A DNA stretch of 62,036 nucleotides, filler included, from Kipferlia bialata (Eukaryota), in the NCBI GenBank assembly GCA_003568945.1. It is 4 parts of 4 records of this genome, joined end to end, with 100 filler letters (N's around TTAATTAATTAA, not from the genome) between each part and the next. Parts side by side here need not be neighbours in the genome. Positions count along the whole stretch, not along the records: positions 1 to 17,045 come from BDIP01000551.1; positions 17,146 to 34,176 come from BDIP01000552.1; 2 more parts are not named here. The stretch is one strand, 5' to 3'. Shown here one piece after another: positions 13,683-27,032 of the stretch. The first letter of the stretch is position 1, and each line of letters opens with the position of its first letter. The translations under genes and the position numbers were made by a program. The notes below the pieces were generated by a model. That model was not told the DNA's origin, ran no database searches, and saw only the letters and a program-made list of their open reading frames with translations.

Positions 13683-14874
13683 CTAGATGGGCTCCACATA
13701 GGATGGGGGGAAGAACCCTGTGAGGGTCTCGCCATACTGGTTGGTCTTGGTCCCACTCACCCAGCCACCCTGCAGGGACACAATCTCAACGACGTCACCC
13801 GCCACAAGGTCGAGCATCCTAGGGGTCAGGGAGAGAGAGAGAGAGAGAGAGACGTATACATACTCATATGGACTACCACTCACCTGTCATCCTCGTATGT
13901 GAAGTCGTCTATGCACCGGCACCTCATGCCGGGCACAAGCTCCACCTCCTCCACCTCCTCCTCTGGGTAGTACTCCTCCTCCTCAGAGGCCTCAACTGCT
14001 TGGGCACCCGGCACAACGCCCTCTGCCTCTGCCTCTGCCTCCTCCCCCTCACTCTCAGGGGCCATCATAGGCGGGGCAGGGCTGTCTCCCTCCTCCTCCC
14101 CCTCCTCGCTGTGGGCACTCTCCCCCTCTGCCTGACCCTCAAACTGGGGTCTAGAGAGGGCAGAGTGGGCACGGGCCACGTAGGGTGTGTGTACGTAGTA
14201 GGCATCCGCCTCAGACATGGCGTCCTGGGGGGTGAGGGGGGAAGTGTGAGAACAATGATGATGTGTATAGGGTAGCTATGATGACACCCACCTGCTCTGT
14301 GGGCTCGTACTCCTCCTCCTCCACTATGACAGAGGCCATGTGGTGGGGGACAGAGGAGCCTGGGGGGTCAGGGGGTGGACAACGTTGGAGAGAGAGAGAG
14401 GTAGAGAGAGAGAGAGAGAGAGAGTGAGAATGTACCTGGTGTTGTGATGGGGGCACTGGACGGCTGGGGCTGGGTGGCAAACATGTCGTTCCACCTGCCC
14501 ATGAACCTGACCAGGGTGCACAGCACAAGGGACTTCTCGCCCTGGGGGTAAGAGAGAGAGGTAGACAGAGGGATAGAAACCTGTACCTTGTGGCATGACA
14601 GCACCACTGCGTCTCCCTGGGGGGGCTTCACCCTGAACCTCTTGGGGTCTGAGGGCATGGGGTCCAGGGACAGGGCAGAGCCTGGGGGGTGAGATGGAAA
14701 TAGATAGGAATATACATGTATACTAATATTCATGGTGAACGTACCGAGGGGGAATGAGAACACGGGCTCTCCCTTGCCTCCGAAGCGCCTTCTCTTGTGT
14801 GCCTCCACCCCCCTCAGAGAGAGTGTGGCCACAAGGCGGATGAAGTCCTTGGCGGCGGTGCCTGGGGTGAGAGG

Positions 14875-14906
<32 letters not shown>

Positions 14907-17000
14907 CTGACAGGAGGGAGACACACGTGGTCCTTCTATCCTCTAGATGTACATTCCCTACACACCTGTCCTGAGCTTGAGCAGGTACACGGCCTCGCCC
15001 TTGGTGATGGCTCTGTCGACCCTGGGGTTAGAGGAGGATGCGATAAACCACAAAGTGGTACTTAAAGGCACTCTAAACACGCCACTCACTTCTTGGCTGT
15101 GTCTGGGGTGGGCTGGTCCACTGGGGGTATGCCCATGGGATATACGGCAGAGGGGGAGACATGGGGCTCAGAGGGGGCATAGGCTCCGTCTGACTCAGAC
15201 TCGTCTGGCAGCTGGGCCATGGCCATCTCGGCCTCCTCTCTCTCTCTCTCTCCCTCCACACCAGTCTCCACCCCACCTGGTACACCACCGTATGTCACTG
15301 TGTCTGGGGTGTAGCTGGGCTCGGCTGGGACAGGGGCCGGGGCCTCCTCCCTCAGCTCCACCTGTCTTACTGGCTGCATGGTGGCTGCCAGGGAGGGGTG
15401 TGCCTGTGCCTGTGCCTTGGGTACGGTAGAGGGAGAGGCAGAAGTGACTGGGGGCGGGGTGCCCCTCTCTCTCTCCTCCGGCATCACAACCTCCACCTCC
15501 TGCAGCGTCATCTCACCCATGTTGGGCCCTCTCTCTCTCTCCCTCACCCCCAGGTCAATGGTCCTGCTCAGCCCCTCGTCCTCTCTCTCTGCCTCTCTCT
15601 CCCTCTGTCTCTGCCCGTCCTCTATCTCCCCAGGCCTCAGCATCTCAGCCATCACCACAGGCTCAGCTGTCCTGGCAGCCACAGCCATACTCATGCTGCT
15701 ATCCCTCCTATCCACAGCCATGCCCTTGGGGGGATACTCCCTGCTGTCACCCCCCGACAGCACCACAGGCTGGGAGGGTAGGGGTGGGGGGGCCCTCCTG
15801 CGCCTGGAGCTCTGGGACAGTCTCTCTCTCTCTCTCTCCCTGTCCCTAGTGTCTGGACTGGCAGGGCCTGGGCCGGGTCTGGCACTGGCCTACAGGGTAA
15901 GGTGACAGCTGGGTGACATAGCGTATATACACACGCATACAACCATATATACTGCGATGTGTAGCATGCCCCCCTTACCTGCTCAGGTGAGTGTGCCGCC
16001 GCACTCTCAGTTCTGATGGACTCCAGGATGTCACGGCGCTGGGTGTGAGAGAGTGCCATATGCATATATATACTACACACACTCATCACCATCCAGACCC
16101 TGTACCTGGTTGTCGAGTATCGCCTTGAGCTCTGAGGCTGTGAAGGTGGCCCCGCCCTCGGCCTCTCTCTCCCTCTCCGTCTCTCTCTCCATCGACGCCA
16201 GGCTCTGTCTCTCTGTCATAGCAAATGACCCCATACCCCTAGAGGGACCAAGGGGAGGCAGTGCGGTGTGGGTGTGTGCGAATGATGCCTGTGCGGCAGG
16301 GGCTGCCATGGGTGTCTGGTTGTACCTGCCCATAGAGACAGACCCAGCGGTTGGGGACGCATTGAAGTTGGGGATGGAGTGTCTGTGCACTAGCTGGGGC
16401 CTAGGGGCAGCATTGGATGTGGTGGTGTCATAGACTGGGCTACGTTGTCTCTGCTCTGCAGTGACTGAGGCAGAGAGAGGGCTCCTCACCAGGGACACGC
16501 TCCTGTCCCTCTCCCCCTGTAGCTCCCCCCCTGTCACCATAGGTGTACCTGGGGTGCTGAACACACTGCCCCTCACCCCAGCCCTCCGCATCTCACTCAG
16601 AAGGTGGTCACGGTCAGCACCTGGGGGTGAGGGCGAGGGGGTGCAGGGGAGAGATACATATAGGAGTATATGCATATGTATCCTATGTACTATTATCCTG
16701 TGCACCCACCCGATATGCCTGGCCCTGACACACTCAGCATGAGCCGGGGCCCAGCGGCCAGGGCGGCACTGACCAGGGTGTCCACACCACCCACACTCAG
16801 ACGGTTGCCACCCACGTGCAGGGCCTGGGAGGGTGAGGGAGGATGATGCAAGCAGCGGTAGAGCTGCACATACATACACGATTATGAAAAAAGGCCCCCA
16901 CCTTGATGGATGGCACTGAGTGGAGCACTCTGGCCAGGGGCAGAGAGGACACATCCGACAGACCACACCCATTGAGACACAGGGTGTGCATGCCTAGGAG
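13683..17000 (-). CDS. LRR-like / PH-like / C-terminal SH3 protein; 5' truncated by contig end
   Basis: C-terminal SH3 RCRCIDDFTYEDDR|MLDLVAGDVVEIVSLQGGWVSGT...GFFPPSYVEPI*. N-terminal RI-type LRR-like segments LCLNGCGLSDVS and LHVGGNRLSVGG. Possible PH-like fold in exons ~14440-15020. Long low-complexity linkers. Confidence 0.8.
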
Positions 17001-17006
17001 TGAGAC

Positions 17007-17037
<31 letters not shown>

Positions 17038-17045
17038 AAAAAGAA

Positions 17046-17145
17046 NNNNNNNNNNNNNNNNNNNNNNNNNNNNNNNNNNNNNNNNNNNNTTAATTAATTA
17101 ANNNNNNNNNNNNNNNNNNNNNNNNNNNNNNNNNNNNNNNNNNNN
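17046..17145. other. Assembly linker N44-TTAATTAATTAA-N44
   Basis: TTAATTAATTAA at 17090-17101 (stops in all six frames) flanked by 44 N each side. Confidence 0.95.
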
Positions 17146-18546
17146 GAGTCCCAAGCAAGATCATTGGTATGCTCTCGAATTTCAGCTCTCCAGTGGTATA
17201 TGACTATATATATACTATATACAGGCGTATGTGGGTGTGTGGGGCTATCTATAGTTAGACTGGTATTGGAGAGCGATACCGGTATCAGAATTGTATACAT
17301 TCGGTACTGGCATGCTACTGGTTCATTCAGGTCTATTCTTCTGCCAATGGACTCTTATTCCACATGTGCTACTGATACATAGAGTATTAGGTTACCTGGA
17401 GTGTAATAGCCGATGTGTATTTCGGTACCGGTACCAAGAAATATCGGCTTGTATACAGCCTCATATATAGACACTCACCACACATTGTATGTACTAATGA
17501 TCATATATGGGTCTGAATACAAGTATGTGTTTCCCTTGCTACCTCACCTCCCCCCTCTCAACACACGTACTTTTGTTGTTAAACACTCATGGTACTCTAT
17601 ACCACTCTCTTTCTCTCCATCTCTCTCCTTAACTCGATAGGTAGTACTGTGGGCACTTATTAGTGGCATTTAGTGTCAATATCCCTAGTATATGCCCCCC
17701 CCCCCCCCCCCTCTCTCTCATCTCTCTCTCTTGTGTATCACATCTCTCTTTCTCATCTCTCTCTCTTGTGTATCACATCTCTCTCTCTCTCTCTCTCATC
17801 TCTGGTGGAGGGGATCTCTTAGTCTTGTACCAGCTGTGTATGTACTAGTGAATCACTCGTAGTTATACTTGATTCCATACTCTATATGCTGAGAACTGTC
17901 AAGTACCCTCACCCACTCTATATATACCACTGTTATTGACAACATTTTAGTGTATAGTACCCACACGCTTATGACCCCCCTCCTCTCTTGCAACACAGTG
18001 CGTTATTCAGGTGTGAGGAATAGTATGCTGCAGTGGTTGTATGTGTAGTAGGGGTGTACATAGAGAAATGAGTTTTTGCCACCCATGAGAGTCGGATGGT
18101 CAGTTTTTGCCAACCTTCCCTCTCTGCCACCTATCTATCCAGTCTCATCCCACATATGCCTCAACACCCTACTAGGCACCCGTATGAGAAGCTCAGACAG
18201 TGAGACTCACTGAGTAATGGGATTGTGGACCAAGAAAGATGTTGCACTCCCAGAATATATATATAAATACATCAGGGACAGCCAGATATATATGAGTTGC
18301 ACCGTTAGATATACATAATAATCTAAATATACTAGATTTAGTTTATCATAGATATGTGCACACACAGAAGGCTGTCAACCACGTGTAAGGATCCTTAGTG
18401 CCCAATATGCACCCATCAAACATCATTTATTACACTCACACACAAAGAACATCCAAAAAATTGGAGAGAAGGGTCAGGTCCCTCCCACATGATTCACTGA
18501 CACACACACACCCTCTCTCTCTCTTACCCTTCGACTCTCTCCCCCC

Positions 18547-21500
18547 TCACTCTGCGTGTCTGGTTGACATCCCAAACACAGTGGCACCCCTCTCACTGTC
18601 ACTGGTCTCACTCTCCACGCTGTCAGTCTCACTCTCTGCTGTACTCACTGACTGGGCATCCATCTGGGGGGCTAGGGGGACACTTGGGGCCTGGGGGTAA
18701 GGAAAACACTATACATATATAACATACATTCAGTATGTGACAAGGGGGACACTTGGGGCCTGGGGGTCAGAAACAATAGAGACAAAATAATGCATAATAC
18801 ACAGTGTATATACCACATATATCTCTGGGGGGGAATTTGAAATGCTAGGGCCTAATGGTTAGTAACATCCTTCGACACAGCGACACAGAAAGACATAAGG
18901 GGGGGCAGGAAGGTCAGTATTAATACCAGTCTTAGCATATGTGTATATATCATATATTGCATATGCCTGTGGGTACCCCCTGCTAGCCCTGGATGACTCC
19001 TCTGTTGACATACATATATATAACAAGTATATATATACTATATGTATATCTTAGCATATGGATATATATATCACGTGCATATACCTGTGGGTACTCCCTG
19101 CTGGATGACTCCTCTGTCGACACACATATATATAACAAGTGTATTATACACATATCAAGTACATAGTATGCATGCAGTATGTAGTGTGTACCTGAGGATA
19201 CCCCCTGCTGGATGACTCCTCTGTCGACACACTCCCACTGCCAGGTGGGGTGGCCTGGCTGGTTAGATATACACACATACATACATATACATATACATAT
19301 ATACATCCGTGGTATACACACTTAGGTATATGGTATATATATGTAGGTATATGTAGATATATGATATATACAAATGATATGTACTATCACTAATCAAATA
19401 TACACTCCCCACCTCTCTCTCCGCCATGGCCTCTCTCATCACACACATACATACATATATAATCATATATATATATAAATCTATATGGTATATATGTTTT
19501 GATGTTACTCTTACTCCCTACCTGTCTCTCCGCCATGGCCTCTCTTAGCATCTCTCTCTCAAGGGAGTCCTGAGGGTTAGACACAAGTGCAAAACATATA
19601 TATATATATATATATACATAGACATATATATATATATATTAATGTACACATACCTCACTGTCAGATGTCTCTGATGAGGATGCACTGTCGTTGACCATTG
19701 CTGACTCCATGGCAGAGGGTCTCTCAACAAGACCTCCGGAGACCTGAGGGGGTTAGACTATGCTACTATTTACGTATGGTTATCTTTGACATGCCCATGC
19801 TATACAAGTAGTCGGATATATGTATGTATATATATATATGCGGTACCTCTCTCTTGACTGCACTCAGGGGTGGAGGGGCGGCACTCAGAAGGTCAGGCAG
19901 GCCTGAAGGTTAGAGATACAAACTGTACATCGTATACCACCATACCTACGAGTAGGTCATCCACTCAAGATACTAAGGATACTCAATATACATATGTACT
20001 TGCCTGTATAACAATATACACATATACTGATGATTACTATATACCTGCCAGCAGGTCATCCACCCCAATTGACCCCTCTGCGTCCCCCTCTCCGTCTCCC
20101 TCTCCCTCTCTATCCCTGTGTGTTGCCTCTAGTGATGCCTCCATGGCAGAGTGCTCATCGACAGACAGCATAGACAGCTGACTGGCCCTAATATGTTAGA
20201 ATAGAAAGATAGAGAGAGAGAGAGAGAGAGATGCCTNNNNNNNNNNNNNNNNNNNNNNNNNAGATAGAGAGAGAGAGAGAGAGAGATGCCTCCATGGCAG
20301 AGTGCTCATCAACAGACAGCATAGACAGCTGACTGGCCCTGGTATCAGTATATGTAGGTTCATATATATATATATGGAGAGAGAGAGAGAGAGAGAGAGT
20401 GATGCCTCCATGACAATATATAACCACAGCACTATCTATATATAACCACGCTCATCGACAGACAGCATAGACAGCTGACTGGCCCTGGTGTTTTAGAATA
20501 GAAAGAGAGAGAGAGAGAGAGAGAGATGCCTCCATGGCAATATCTATATAAAACTATAGTACTATCTATATATAACAATGCTCATCAACAGTCAGCATGG
20601 ATCAGCTGGCTGATGTATATGAGAGTAAATACGCAACATACCTTGCTGCAGGGTGGATGGACCCAAAGGAGTAGTCACTGTCTCCACACTCAGACTCTAG
20701 GGTGCCTGGGGTTATTATAGTGTATATACATAGGATCATATATAGGAACATACATAGGAGGTATAGGGTGCATGTGTACTAGTAGGTTAATGCAGTAGTG
20801 TATACTATATATCCATATTATACTAATGAAGATGTGTGTCAATACCTGTCTCTCTGTCTAGCCCGAGGTCCCTCTCTATCCTCTCCCTTGCATTGCAGGG
20901 AGGGGGGGTGTTGGTGGCTGGGGGGTCAGACAAGATAACACGTATACATTAGTATATCAATAAGTATAGTAGATGAGTATAGTAGATGAGTATAGTAGAT
21001 GTAGTAAGACACATTGAGTATATATACCCATACCTGGGAGGGGTGGCCTAGAGGCTCCGCCCTTGCCAGGGAGGGGCTTACGCATGGCCCTGGGTGTCAG
21101 AGATAGAAACATGTACAGTATCTATATCTATACATAGCGTAGATATGTACATGCATATCTATCAATATACCTAGGGTCCATGGGTGACCTTGGTGCACAG
21201 GGTGAACGGGGTGCAATGGGGGGCCTGGGGGTGAGAAGCAAGAACAGTTATTAATCACTAACTAGTCATTTACCATATATGTGTATTGTAGCGCAGTATG
21301 TGTACTATATATACCTAGGACTGGCCGTGGGTGGCAGTGGTGACCTGACAGACTCTCTGGCCCTCAGTCCCACCACACCGGCCTTGCCACGTGGTGCCTC
21401 TCTCTCTCTGTCTCTCTCCCTCTCTCTCTGACCATCTCCGAAGGGTGCCTGCCTGCGCATGTCCCTCTCATGGTCCCTGTCTCTCTTTCTAAGGGTAAGG

Positions 21501-24500
21501 ATCATAGTACAGTTAGTATATATAGGTCCCTGTCTCTCTTCCTAAGGGTAATGATCATATCATAGTGAGTATAGATAGTATAATTGGAAGTATATGTGTG
21601 TAGTAGTGTAGTAGTATAGATCTCTCGTGGTCCCTGTCAGTATCAGTATCAGTATCTCTCTTCCTGGGGGTCACTGATGACTCCAATAATGTAGTTGGTA
21701 GAATAGTATGTATTGGCAGATATATTACATAACGTCTAGTAATGAAGAGTCATTGAGATTTCCCACCTCTCTCTGGCCCTCTCCCTCTCTCTCTCTCTCT
21801 CCCTCTCCCTCTGCCTCTCATCCACTGAGTCACTCGACTCCTCGGCCAACTCAGAGTGACGGAGATAGGAGCCTAGAGTTAGGTAATAAACCAGTAAATA
21901 TAGTATAAAAATATAAACTCGGAGTGACGGAGATAGGAGCCTAGAGTTAGGTAATATATTAGTACATAGATATATACAAATTATCCCACCTGAGTTGAAG
22001 GACCTTCCCTTCTTGGGCCCTCTCTCTCTCTCCCTGCCCCTCTCCCTCCCAGAATCAGCATCTCTGTCTCTCTCTCTCTCTCTGTCTCTTCTGCCACGGT
22101 GTGTGAAAGTATCGGCTATGACACTCGCACGGATGGCCTTCCTGAGGTCATTAGAATAGGGATATAGTCATTAGAATAGTGACAGAGTCATAGTGAAAGG
22201 GTCATCTCAGAGCACTCTAATGTACATACCTCCCCCCTCTCCTTGGTCTGTACGTGTCATCCTCAGAGTCAGAGTCAGAGTCATCGTGTCTAGAGGTGAG
22301 TGTATATATACATGTCTAGAGAGATGTAGATACAACATATATACAAATATGCATATACTATACTATACCATACTATACTATATACATGTCATCCTCAGAG
22401 TCAGAGTCAGAGTCATCATGCCTGGGTGAGTGATTCTCTTATAAACATTACTATAATCTACCAGATATACACATACTTAGTATATATATACCTCCTTCTG
22501 TCTCTCCTCTCCCTCCCACTCCTGTGACTCTTGGAGAAGCGACCCCTGCCGCGAGACCTATTGTCATCCTGAGGGTTAGGGATGAGAATTATACACATAC
22601 ATGCAATGCATTATCTGTCGGTGTCGTACTGAGGGACAGTGACATTACAAATATAGTATATACTGAAGACACAGAATATACAAAGTAGTTATACCTCACT
22701 GTCGCTCTCAGACTCAGAGGGGTTCTCTGGGTTACCACTCAGGGCAAACTCACCACTTGGCCACTCCACCCTGCTGTACACAATGCCCTGGGAGTTAGTA
22801 ATATACTATGTCAGTATCAGTAATAGATATGTGCTGCACTCAATGCATATGATTCAAGGAACGTGTCTTAGTGAATAGACTACGCCTAAATACACACTAA
22901 ATATACCTTAGCATCGTGCTGCACGGCCTGGCCACAGAAGGCACGCAGACCTGGGGTGAGGGTATATACTATACAGACATAGTGAAAACACCATGTTACA
23001 CTATGTGGACACTGTATACCTGCTGCACTGCTGGGGGTGACTGTGGCCTGGTACACACTTATACATTCATATATATATATATGTATATACACTTATATGT
23101 ACTCTATATACTATATACACTACACATTAAGTGTACCTGCCGCACTGCTGGGTGTGACTGTGGCCTGATAGAGTTCATTCAGACACTTGAGAAAGACACA
23201 TAATAATATATACACACACACATATATATATATGTATACTTCCACAACACATACCTGCTGCACTAGACGGTGTCACTGTAGCCTGATACAACTCGTTCAG
23301 ACACTTGAGACAGACACACTTGGGGGCATACTTGGCCAGGAGGGGGTCCTAGTATGAGTTTGCGTAGGTATACATATATATATACATATACATAGTATAT
23401 ATATCATATATCATATATGTATATAATAAATACACAGTATATATATATATATACATACATAGTACATACATCATATATTGTGTACACAGTATGTATATAA
23501 ATATACTTGGGGACATACTTGGCTAGAAGGGTGTCCTGGGAATAGTACATATATACATTGTGTACATATACACAACATATGCAGGTATAACGAGTGGTAG
23601 TATATATATACAGCCCTCCATACCTGCGGCATCAGGAATGCTGGCCTTAGTGCTGGGTACTTCTTGTGTCCCATGGTGCTGAACCTAACTGGGACAGAGG
23701 TGTGACACATGTCGCACAGGCCCTAGAAGTTAGATGAGTGTATGTACAATATATACACTTCCACATACCGCCTTGACCAGTGCCTCCTGCAGATAGACAT
23801 GATACATACGCTCATACACACACACACACACACATCTATATATATATATATACGCATAGGAGTAACTATGAATATCTATGTGTACCACATACCGCCTTGA
23901 CCAGTGCCTCCTGTGGCTTGGCCTTGATATATATATACATANNNNNNNNNNNNNNNNNNNNNNNNNNNNNNNNNNNNNNNNNNNNNNNNNNNNNNNNNNN
24001 NNNNNNNNNNNNNNNNNNNNNNNNNNNNNNNNNNNNNNNNNNNNNNNNNNNNNNNNNNNNNNNNNNNNNNNNNNNNNNNNNNNNNNNNNNNNNNNNNNNN
24101 NNNNNNNNNNNNNNNNNNNNNNNNNNNNNNNNNNNNNNNNNNNNNNNNNNNNNNNNNNNNNNNNNNNNNNNNNNNNNNNNNNNNNNNNNNNNNNNNNNNN
24201 NNNNNNNNNNNNNNNNNNNNNNNNNNNNNNNNNNNNNNNNNNNNNNNNNNNNNNNNNNNNNNNNNNNNNNNNNNNNNNNNNNNNNNNNNNNNNNNNNNNN
24301 NNNNNNNNNNNNNNNNNNNNNNNNNNNNNNNNNNNNNNNNNNNNNNNNNNNNNNNNNNNNNNNNNNNNNNNNNNNNNNNNNNNNNNNNNNNNNNNNNNNN
24401 NNNNNNNNNNNNNNNNNNNNNNNNNNNNNNNNNNNNNNNNNNNNNNNNNNNNNNNNNNNNNNNNNNNNNNNNNNNNNNNNNNNNNNNNNNNNNNNNNNNN

Positions 24501-26995
24501 NNNNNNNNNNNNNNNNNNNNNNNNNNNNNNNNNNNNNNNNNNNNNNNNNNNNNNNNNNNNNNNNNNNNNNNNNNNNNNNNNNNNNNNNNNNNNNNNNNNN
24601 NNNNNNNNNNNNNNNNNNNNNNNNNNNNNNNNNNNNNNNNNNNNNNNNNNNNNNNNNNNNNNNNNNNNNNNNNNNNNNNNNNNNNNNNNNNNNNNNNNNN
24701 NNNNNNNNNNNNNNNNNNNNNNNNNNNNNNNNNNNNNNNNNNNNNNNNNNNNNNNNNNNNNNNNNNNNNNNNNNNNNNNNNNNNNNNNNNNNNNNNNNNN
24801 NNNNNNNNNNNNNNNNNNNNNNNNNNNNNNNNNNNNNNNNNNNNNNNNNNNNNNNNNNNNNNNNNNNNNNNNNNNNNNNNNNNNNNNNNNNNNNNNNNNN
24901 NNNNNNNNNNNNNNNNNNNNNNNNNNNNNNNNNNNNATATATACTAATATACGTACCGCCTTGACCAGTGCCTCCTGTGGCTTGGCCTTGACTGTGCCAA
25001 GGTCCTTGACCTGCACGTTGCACCTGGTACATTAGATGATGATCTATACATATATTATTACTATAAATATATATATATATATATGTACTAATTGGTACAC
25101 TTGTACAGTGATGTCCAGGTCCTTGACCTGCACGTTGCACCTGGTGTTAGGATATGGAACACATATATATAGAAACAGGTATAGGAGGTGATACAAACAG
25201 TAGTATGACAGTATATATGTGCCCAGGTCCTTGACCTGCACACTGCACCTGGTGTTAGAATAATATACGTGTATATATACGCACACACACATATATATTA
25301 ATCTATGCTTATGGTGGTACAACTCCCGTACCTCCTAATAGATGCAAGCACTATGACTAGCACTAGACTGCTGGCCAGGAAGAACATGCTGGGTATATAT
25401 ATATATACAGTACTACACACTATATACGTGTATCACTACAATACCTTCTGATACTAGCCAATACGATGACCAATACAAGACTACTGGCCAGGAAGAACAT
25501 GCTGGGTGCCACCAGTTCAATGACAGTGACAGTGTCAGCAGTGACAGTCTCTAGGATGTGGGCCTAAGGGTTAGAGACATAGTAGTATGTGCATAAATAC
25601 ATCGCATTCATAGAGAAAACATATAGCTATATGGAATGTCAGTATTGGCCTTGTGTTAATCCATATGTACACTCCTCCTCCCATACCTGTGCATACATAG
25701 GTGGTAGCACCACGTATCCATGCCCATCCACCCACTGTGTCTGGAGGTTGATGGAACAGAGGACAGTCTGATGGTTAGTATGTATAGAGAGAGAGAGAGA
25801 GGGAAAGAGGAAGAGAGGTTGATGGAACAGAGGACAGTCTGGGGGTTAGTATACACAGACATAAAGGGAGAGACTATGACAGCCCATACCGACGCTGTCA
25901 GACACACGTATCCCCAATTGACACTATAACATTATCATATATAACCCACCTGCTCCGTGACATAGACACCCCCATCTGTCACCACTGGTAACTGCAGGGA
26001 GGTGGACGCTGGGGGTGAGGCATAAGACATCATGCATATATATCATACATATAGATGTAAGGAATACAAAGTTCTGGTACGTACTCAGGTCCAGTTCGTC
26101 CCCACTGATGAGTGTCCTCAGACTGGACAGATCCACAAAGGGGGCACCGGCCTGAGGGTAAGGGACTGTGAATAGTATATATATGTACTATATAATACAG
26201 ACTATACTATATATGTGTTATATAGAGTATACAAGGTATATATCCACAAAGGGGGCACCGGCCTAGAGGGTAAGAGCGGAGACTACTACATCCTGGGTAC
26301 CTTTATACTGCTGCATTATACTCTTAGAATACTATGAATACATATATACACTGTACCTGACACAGCCCAGTCCAGTATGTGATGGGGTCATCCTCATCGA
26401 AGGCAAAGGCCGCACCCGAGGGGTCACCCTGCTCATCGGTCTCAGTGCCTGATGTAAGGGTATATATCACACTATGGTAGTGTGATGGCGTTTGCACATT
26501 TCATTAAGAGTTCAATACACTATACACAGTATACACCCATACCTGCCAGCCCAGGGTATATGTCCAGAATCTCGGGTGCAGTGTATATCACGGTGCGTGT
26601 CCTCTCGGGATGTTCATCCTTCACAGTGTCCATTACACTGTTAGCACTGTTAGCACTGTCACTTGATGCACTATCCACTGTATCTGTGCTTGTGCTCTGA
26701 ACCTCAAAGGCGATGGCTGTGGAGTTGGCGGCGAGGAGACCTGGTAGGTAAGTATAATCAAGAACATACATATACATATTCAAACATACACATGTATGCG
26801 TATGCTATTCGACGTACTGAGGTGTGCTGTGTCTGGCCTGTCACTGGGTGTGCATATCACTACATCCAGAGTGGTGAGGGCAGTGTCAATTGGGTTGCCC
26901 TGGGGGTAAGTGAATTATGAATATATCCTCATCATCTACTCCATTATGACATCGAACCCATACATATACTCTCTCTCTCTCTCTTAACATATCAT

Positions 26996-27032
<37 letters not shown>

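Noticed and set aside
17011..17035. Poly-G/poly-C runs at contig ends as telomeres or G-quadruplex elements
   Set aside because: Similar runs occur inside ordinary introns, and their position at contig ends is best explained by sequencing or assembly breaks.
17090..17101. TTAATTAATTAA palindrome inside N runs (also at 34221 and 44961)
   Set aside because: An identical 100-bp construct occurs three times and gives six-frame stops, so it is an artificial contig linker. Adjacency across these points is not evidence of synteny.
17146..18540. Possible ncRNA or gene in the gene-free stretch
   Set aside because: No recognisable tRNA, rRNA or snRNA pattern and no coherent exon chain.
23730..25140. 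Long ORFs of 385-428 aa
   Set aside because: They consist almost entirely of translated Ns.
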